From the NCBI GenBank assembly GCA_965224245.1, contig OZ245046.1, positions 1,568,001 through 1,632,000 on the forward strand: DNA of 64,000 nucleotides, given 5' to 3'. Below the pieces are notes generated by a model. That model was not told the origin of the DNA. It ran no database searches and worked only from the letters and a program-made list of their open reading frames with translations. The stretch comes from Candidatus Eiseniibacteriota bacterium. GTDB taxonomy: Bacteria > Eisenbacteria > RBG-16-71-46 > CAZAMP01. Positions 58,667-64,000 of this stretch are shown piece after piece. Every line of letters begins with the position of its first letter. The stretch's first letter is position 1. Both the position numbers and the translations under genes were made by a program.

Positions 58667-60334
58667 CTACTGATCCTGGACGGCCGGCTCCTGCGCGCTG
58701 CCCTCCTGCACCACGTCCAGGAACGCCTCGATCTCTCCGTTGGCGAGCAGCGTCGCCTCGTAGAAGTGCGTGAGCGCCTCGCGCACCCCCGGGTCGTTGT
58801 CGATGATCACCTGATAGCGCCGGTTGGGTCCCCAGACGTTGCTGGCGATCTCGACCCGGAGCCAGTGATCGACGAACGGTCGCTCTGCGGTGATGGTGTC
58901 CGCCGTGAGGTCCTCGTTCTCGGGGGCTCGCCCGAGCACGTAGCTCGTGAACTGGCCGAACATCTCGTCGCTGGTCTTCCAGGAGGCGAGGAAGTCCTCG
59001 AACGATCCCAGATCGGGATGCTCGTTGCCGATGGTCTCGTTGGCGAAGTTGAAGAAGTAGCGGTCCTGCGGGTTCAGGAGAGCGGCCTGCGTGTCGTTCA
59101 GCGAGTAGTCGGGATCGACGACCACGTCGGGCATGATGCCGCCGCCGCCGTAGACGGGGCGCCCGGCGGCCGTCATGTAGGTCGGACGCTCGTCGATCTC
59201 GTGGCCTTCCTCGACGAGCTCGGCCGCGCCGGCGTCGGTGCCGGCCTCGGTCAGGTACTCGTGACGGTCCTTGCCCTTGTACGGGCGCTGGATCAGCCGG
59301 CCGCTCGGGGTGTAGTACTTGGCCACGGTCAACAGGAGGGCGCCGCCGCCGCGGATGGGGAACTGGCGCTGAACGAGCCCCTTGCCGAACGACGTGGTGC
59401 CCACGACCAGCCCGCGATCCCAGTCCTGGACGGCGCCCGAGACGATCTCGGACGCGGACGCGCTGCCCTGATCGATCATCACGATCAGGGGATAGCGCGG
59501 GTGCGTGGAGCCCTCGGTCGAGAAGTACTCCTCGGACGAGCCGCGAATGCGACCCTTGGTGTAGACGACGAGCTTGCCGCCCGACACGAACTTGTCGGCC
59601 ACGGCGATGGCCTGGTTGAGGTAGCCGCCGGTGTTGCCGCGCAGGTCCAGGACGAGCCTCTCCATGCCCTGATCGGCCAGCTCGTTGATCGCCTCCTCGA
59701 GCTCGTCGGCGGTGTGCGCCGAGAACCGGTTGGCCCGGATGAAGCCCGTGTCCGCGCTCAGCATGAAGTAGTGAGAGACCGACTTGATGGCGATCTTGGA
59801 TCGCTTGATCTCGACGTGGATGAGCGCGTCCTCGCCCGGCCTCTCGATGCCGACCTCGACGACGGATCCCTCCGGTCCGCGCAGACGCTCCATGACCTCG
59901 GGATTGGTGATGCCGATGGCGCTCTCGCCCTCGATCTCGACGATGCGGTCGCCGGGCTTGATGCCGAGGTCCCACGACGGTGAGCCCTCGATCGGCGAGA
60001 TGACGGTCAGCACGTCGTCGACGATCTCGAACGAGATGCCGATGCCCGAGTACTCGCCGGTGTTGAGCTCCTGCATGCGGCGGTTGGCGTCGGGCCGGAG
60101 GTAGTTCGTATGGGGATCGAGGTCCTTCAGCATGCCCTCGATCGCGTCGTTGATCATGGCCTCGGTGTCGACCGTGTCGACGTAGTTGTGCTTGACCAGG
60201 GTCAGGATCTTGTTGAAGCGCTGGATCTGCTCGAGCAGGTCGGAGCTGTCCGCGCGGGCGATCGACGGCGGCACCAGAGCCAGCGTCGTGGTGATCAGCA
60301 GCAGTGCGAGCGATCGGGTCCGGGGCGTCGTCAT
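58667..60334 (-). CDS. S41 C-terminal processing protease (PDZ)
   Basis: LDPHT.Y, GIGI, LRGPEGS, LDLRGN.GG, SASASEIV.GA.QDWDR, SFGKG; alternative start at 60346. Confidence 0.93.
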   Translation of the reverse strand: MTTPRTRSLALLLITTTLALVPPSIARADSSDLLEQIQRFNKILTLVKHNYVDTVDTEAMINDAIEGMLKDLDPHTNYLRPDANRRMQELNTGEYSGIGISFEIVDDVLTVISPIEGSPSWDLGIKPGDRIVEIEGESAIGITNPEVMERLRGPEGSVVEVGIERPGEDALIHVEIKRSKIAIKSVSHYFMLSADTGFIRANRFSAHTADELEEAINELADQGMERLVLDLRGNTGGYLNQAIAVADKFVSGGKLVVYTKGRIRGSSEEYFSTEGSTHPRYPLIVMIDQGSASASEIVSGAVQDWDRGLVVGTTSFGKGLVQRQFPIRGGGALLLTVAKYYTPSGRLIQRPYKGKDRHEYLTEAGTDAGAAELVEEGHEIDERPTYMTAAGRPVYGGGGIMPDVVVDPDYSLNDTQAALLNPQDRYFFNFANETIGNEHPDLGSFEDFLASWKTSDEMFGQFTSYVLGRAPENEDLTADTITAERPFVDHWLRVEIASNVWGPNRRYQVIIDNDPGVREALTHFYEATLLANGEIEAFLDVVQEGSAQEPAVQDQ

Positions 60335-60614
60335 CGGCCGCTCCATCAGGTGGGAGTCTCGTCGTTTCGGGGGCTCGGTCGCGGCCCTCGTCGTGTCCGG
60401 AGGCTGGGCCGCCGAAGGTCGCGTGCGAGGGGTCGCCGACTCCGCGCCGACGGTCACCTCGGCGGGTGCGCGGCGCGTCGACCGTAACTACCGGCGGACT
60501 ATACCACAGGTTCCGTTAAACTCTATGTCGGCAGGCTCTTGCGCGCTCATGACGGTTTACCTACCCTCGGCGATCGGTTTCTGTGTTCGAACACGGCGAA
60601 GGGATGGGACGGGC

Positions 60615-61607
60615 GTGGAGATCTTCCTGACCGGCGGCACCGGATACCTCGGAGCGCGGCTGGCGCAAACCCTTGTGGCCAGAGGGCATCGGTTGCGCGC
60701 GCTGTACCGCTCCCCCGAGCGGGCGCCCCGCGCCGGTGCCTCGGTGCTGCCCGTTCGAGGGGATCTCGAGCGCCCGGACGCGTTGCGCGACGCGATCGAC
60801 GGTGTGGATGCAATCGTGCACACCGCCGCGATGGTCCAGAGCTACGTGCGCGATCCCGACCGGATGCGCCGGGTGAACGTGGACGCCGTCGAGCGCGTGG
60901 TTCAGCTCGGCCGCGAGCTCGGTGTTCCGCGTATCGTGTACACGTCGAGCTTCATGGCGCTGGGGCCCAGCTCGTCGCACCCGCGCACCGAGGACGATCC
61001 GTACGCGCGCGAGACCTTCCACAATCACTACGAACGCACGAAGTACCTCGGCGACCAGGTCGCGCGTCGCCTGCAGTCCGAGGGGGCACCGCTGACGATC
61101 CTGTACCCGACGGTCATCTTCGGACCGGGCGGGCTCACGCAGGGCAACTTCGTGGGCAAGATCGTGCGCGACTTCGTGAACCGGAAGCTCCCGGGACGGC
61201 TCGGACGCGGCGACGCGCTGTGGAACTACGCGTTCGTGACCGACGTGGTCGACGCGCATCTGCTGGCGCTGGAGCACGCACCACCGGGATCGCGATACAT
61301 CATCGGCGGTGACAACATCACGCTGGACGGGTTCATCGCCACGCTCGAGGAGGTCTCGGGCGTCCCCGCGCCCACGCGACGCGTGCCCCGGGCCGCCGCC
61401 AAGGTGATCGCCGCGCTGATGGAGGCCAAGTGCGCCGTCCTGGGCGGGCAGCCCGATCTGACGCGCGAGGTCGTCGACGTGTACTACCGGGACTGGGCGT
61501 TCTCCTCGGACCGGGCCATGCACGACCTGGGGTACCGGCCGCGCCCGTTCCGGGATGCGCTGTCCGACACCGTGGACTGGGCGCGCGCGAGCGGGGCGTC
61601 CGCGTGA
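60615..61607 (+). CDS. NAD-dependent epimerase/dehydratase (HpnA/DFR-like)
   Basis: TGGTGYLG, H.AA, YTSS, YERTK, VTDV..AH. Confidence 0.88.
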   Translation: MEIFLTGGTGYLGARLAQTLVARGHRLRALYRSPERAPRAGASVLPVRGDLERPDALRDAIDGVDAIVHTAAMVQSYVRDPDRMRRVNVDAVERVVQLGRELGVPRIVYTSSFMALGPSSSHPRTEDDPYARETFHNHYERTKYLGDQVARRLQSEGAPLTILYPTVIFGPGGLTQGNFVGKIVRDFVNRKLPGRLGRGDALWNYAFVTDVVDAHLLALEHAPPGSRYIIGGDNITLDGFIATLEEVSGVPAPTRRVPRAAAKVIAALMEAKCAVLGGQPDLTREVVDVYYRDWAFSSDRAMHDLGYRPRPFRDALSDTVDWARASGASA

Positions 61608-62332
61608 ACGCCTGGCTGGAGGCGACGTTCGTCACCGGCCTCGCGGCCGTGCTCGGCCTGGCCACGCGGGCCGTGCGGCCCAGCGCGGCATGGGGCGGCC
61701 TCGTGGTGGGCACCCTCATCTACCGGGGCGCGGGGCGCGGCGGCTTCGTCGTGCTCGTCACGTTCTTCGTCGTGGGCGTCGCACTGACGCGCCTCGGCTA
61801 CGCACGCAAGGCGGCGCAGGGACTGGCCGAGCCCCACGGGGGACGCCGCGGGAGCGCACACGCCGTGGCGAACGGTGGCGTGGCCACGCTGATCGCGATC
61901 GGGATGATGCTCGTGCCCGAGGCGCGAGATCTCCTGGCGCCGGCGTTCCTGGGGGCCTTTGCGGCCGCGCTCTCCGACACCGCCGGCAGCGAGGTGGGGC
62001 AGCTCTACGGCCGACGCGCGATGTCCCCGCTGACGTTTCGGCCCGTCCCTCCGGGGACCGACGGCGCCGTGTCGCTGGAGGGAACGCTCGGCGGCGCGGC
62101 CGCCGCACTCCTGATCGGAGGCGTGGCGCTGGCGACTCGCTTCGTGGGGCCGGCGGGGGCGCTGGCCGGTGTGGTCGGGGGGCTCGTGGGGTCGCTCCTG
62201 GAGAGCGTCGTCGGCAGCCTTCCGGGCCGACGGCGACCCGGACACATGGCGATGAACGCCGCCAACACCTTCGTGGGCGCGGCGGTCGCGGCCGCGATGG
62301 CGTGGCTCCTTCGGGGGATGACCCATGGGTGA
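61604..62332 (+). CDS. DUF92 membrane protein
   Basis: GRRG..HAVANG, AAALSDT.GSEVG, PGTDGAVSLEGT, ES.VG, N.ANT. Confidence 0.88.
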   Translation: MNAWLEATFVTGLAAVLGLATRAVRPSAAWGGLVVGTLIYRGAGRGGFVVLVTFFVVGVALTRLGYARKAAQGLAEPHGGRRGSAHAVANGGVATLIAIGMMLVPEARDLLAPAFLGAFAAALSDTAGSEVGQLYGRRAMSPLTFRPVPPGTDGAVSLEGTLGGAAAALLIGGVALATRFVGPAGALAGVVGGLVGSLLESVVGSLPGRRRPGHMAMNAANTFVGAAVAAAMAWLLRGMTHG

Positions 62333-64000
62333 TCGGCCCGATCGGGGGAACGTCCGCGCCGCGTCGGCGGCCGGCCGCCGGCGCGCCATCTGGCGGCGCA
62401 CGTGGCTGAACGGATCGATCTTCCTGTCCGCGTTGCTGGTCACCGCGGTGGTGGCCGGGGGGTTCATCGCGGACCGCACGGCCGCCGAGTCGGTGGCACG
62501 TGCCGCCCGATGGACGCTGGGCGGTCTCCTGGCCACCGTCTGGATCGGCGTCGTGGGCACGCTGCCCGTGCTCCTGTTCGGGCTTCGGTGGGTGGGGAGC
62601 CGGCGGCCCGGCCGCCTGCGCCAGATCGTGCGGGTGATGGCGATCTGGTCCGCCCTGGTGGCCACGATCGTTCTCGTGGCCTGGCTTCGCTCGTCACCGT
62701 TCGACGGGTCGCTGGCGTCCCGATCGCCGGCGGTCCGTCAGGCCGTCCCGGTCCTGCTGTTTGCCCTGATCGCCAACGGTCTCTGGTGGTGGTACCGCCT
62801 CGAGCTGCGCCACGCGATGCGCCGCCACCGGCACGGCGGGGCCCACCGGTGGCAGGTCGCCGCGATCGGGGTCCCGGCCGTGGTCCTGATGGCCGGCGTG
62901 CTCTCGCACGTGGGCATCGGACCTCGGATCGCGCTGCACGAGCCGTCGGTGGGGCTGGCCGAGCCGCCGGTCACCCGCGTGGTCTGGTGGACGGTGGACG
63001 GCGTGAATCAACGCACGCTGACGTACTGGACCGCTCTCCGCGAGCGCTCGGCGATCGCGCGCCTGGCGCTCCGAGGCTCCTCCGCCTACTTCGAGTGGGA
63101 CGCGAATCGACCCATGGCGGCCTGGCTCGATCTGACACGAGGTTTCGTCCCCAAGCGAAAGGATGGCCGTGTCGTACGCGATCGGTGGACGTTCGGCGCG
63201 GTGATCCGGCGACACCTCCGGTTCCTGCCGGGCGTCCGGCGAGTCGAGACGTCGGTTCTGGAGCGTCCGTCCCTGTGGGAGCTGGTGACGCGGACCGGCC
63301 GCGCGGTCGAGGTCGTCGGATGGACGCCCCCCATGCTGCCCGGCGACGCCATCGCGGGGCGGGTGGTCACCGGGGACGCGCTGAGCGGAATCCGCCAGCT
63401 CCTCGACGGGGCCGGCGGCCCCGTGGCGAGCGGCCGGTACGGCGATCCGGCGCTCCTGCGGACGCTCCGCGACGATGCCAGGAGCCCCTGGACGGACTGG
63501 CGACGCGGCTTTCCCGCCACCGAGGCCGACGACGCGCTGCTGGCGGCGGTGGCGGCGCTGGCGGTGCCGCCCGCCTCGATGATGTCCGACTACTTCCGGC
63601 TGAACGTGGCCGAGCGCTTCCTGGCCGAGGGCCGGGTCGCGTTGCACACGGCGCTGTTCGAGTTCCCGCGTGTGATCGCGGCCCAGGAGTCGGCGCTCGA
63701 CACCGAGTCGTTCGACCAGGTCCAGGACGCCATGCGCGCGTACCTCGACGTGCTGGACGCACGCGTGGAGCGCGTCCTCGCCACGCTGAAGGCCGGCGAT
63801 GCGTTCATCCTGACGTTCATGCCCCCGCCCATCGCCGACGGCCCGGCGGCGGGGCAGAGCGGTGCGGGAACCGCCTTCTTCATGGGCGAGAAGATCCGTC
63901 CCGAGAACGCCCGGGGCGAGGTCATCGCGACCGCCGACCTGGCCAAGACGCTCGTGTACCTCGCAGGGTGCCGGGTGTCTTCCTCGCTGGAAGGCCAGGT
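62325..64000 (+). CDS. Membrane protein with degenerate alkaline-phosphatase/phosphodiesterase-superfamily domain (3' truncated; absent from the ORF track)
   Basis: Open from ATG 62325 (MGDRPDRG..) to the window end; several TMs, then RVVWWTVDG, SLWE, ADLAKTL..LAG....LEG. Confidence 0.7.
   Translation, partial: MGDRPDRGNVRAASAAGRRRAIWRRTWLNGSIFLSALLVTAVVAGGFIADRTAAESVARAARWTLGGLLATVWIGVVGTLPVLLFGLRWVGSRRPGRLRQIVRVMAIWSALVATIVLVAWLRSSPFDGSLASRSPAVRQAVPVLLFALIANGLWWWYRLELRHAMRRHRHGGAHRWQVAAIGVPAVVLMAGVLSHVGIGPRIALHEPSVGLAEPPVTRVVWWTVDGVNQRTLTYWTALRERSAIARLALRGSSAYFEWDANRPMAAWLDLTRGFVPKRKDGRVVRDRWTFGAVIRRHLRFLPGVRRVETSVLERPSLWELVTRTGRAVEVVGWTPPMLPGDAIAGRVVTGDALSGIRQLLDGAGGPVASGRYGDPALLRTLRDDARSPWTDWRRGFPATEADDALLAAVAALAVPPASMMSDYFRLNVAERFLAEGRVALHTALFEFPRVIAAQESALDTESFDQVQDAMRAYLDVLDARVERVLATLKAGDAFILTFMPPPIADGPAAGQSGAGTAFFMGEKIRPENARGEVIATADLAKTLVYLAGCRVSSSLEGQ

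Overview
High-GC bacterial chromosomal window, almost entirely coding on the + strand; I see no rRNA, tRNA, CRISPR array or IS. Gene style (diderm, lipoproteins, FN3/PEGA/Ig-like proteins, exosortase) suggests an FCB-group-like or similar uncultured lineage, which is an inference only. Four blocks. (1) 1-16.5 kb: 3' half of a type VI secretion locus: clpV, hcp, vgrG, a DUF6484/TIGR02270/DUF4150/DUF2169/ketosynthase-like spike-loading cassette, a stand-alone AHH-type nuclease with two immunity-like genes, a TssB-TssC-like fusion, a membrane Ser/Thr kinase, a beta-barrel and an Ig-repeat heme-c lipoprotein. (2) 16.6-35 kb: LysM transglycosylase, a long operon (animal-type PTPS, folE and an SDR forming a candidate BH4 pathway, wecB, OSBS/NSAR, Gld-like ABC, cutA, DUF62, MBL, Cys-less redoxin, cvpA), an AI-2E permease, a frameshifted Yip1-like gene, PEGA and FN3 proteins. 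(3) 35.5-58.6 kb: exosortase-associated polysaccharide locus (CapD fused to a degenerate phosphoglycosyl transferase, wza, wzc, exosortase/EpsI, PrsT/PrsK/GAFTGA-less PrsR, ligase, GT4, DegT, PglC-like) ending in a citramalate synthase, acyltransferase, adenylation enzyme and ACP module. (4) 58.7-64 kb: S41 protease, epimerase, DUF92 and a partial degenerate alkaline-phosphatase-fold membrane protein. The best candidate for an undescribed system is the cimA-acyltransferase-ligase-ACP glycan-acylation module. All family calls come from motif recognition, not database searches.
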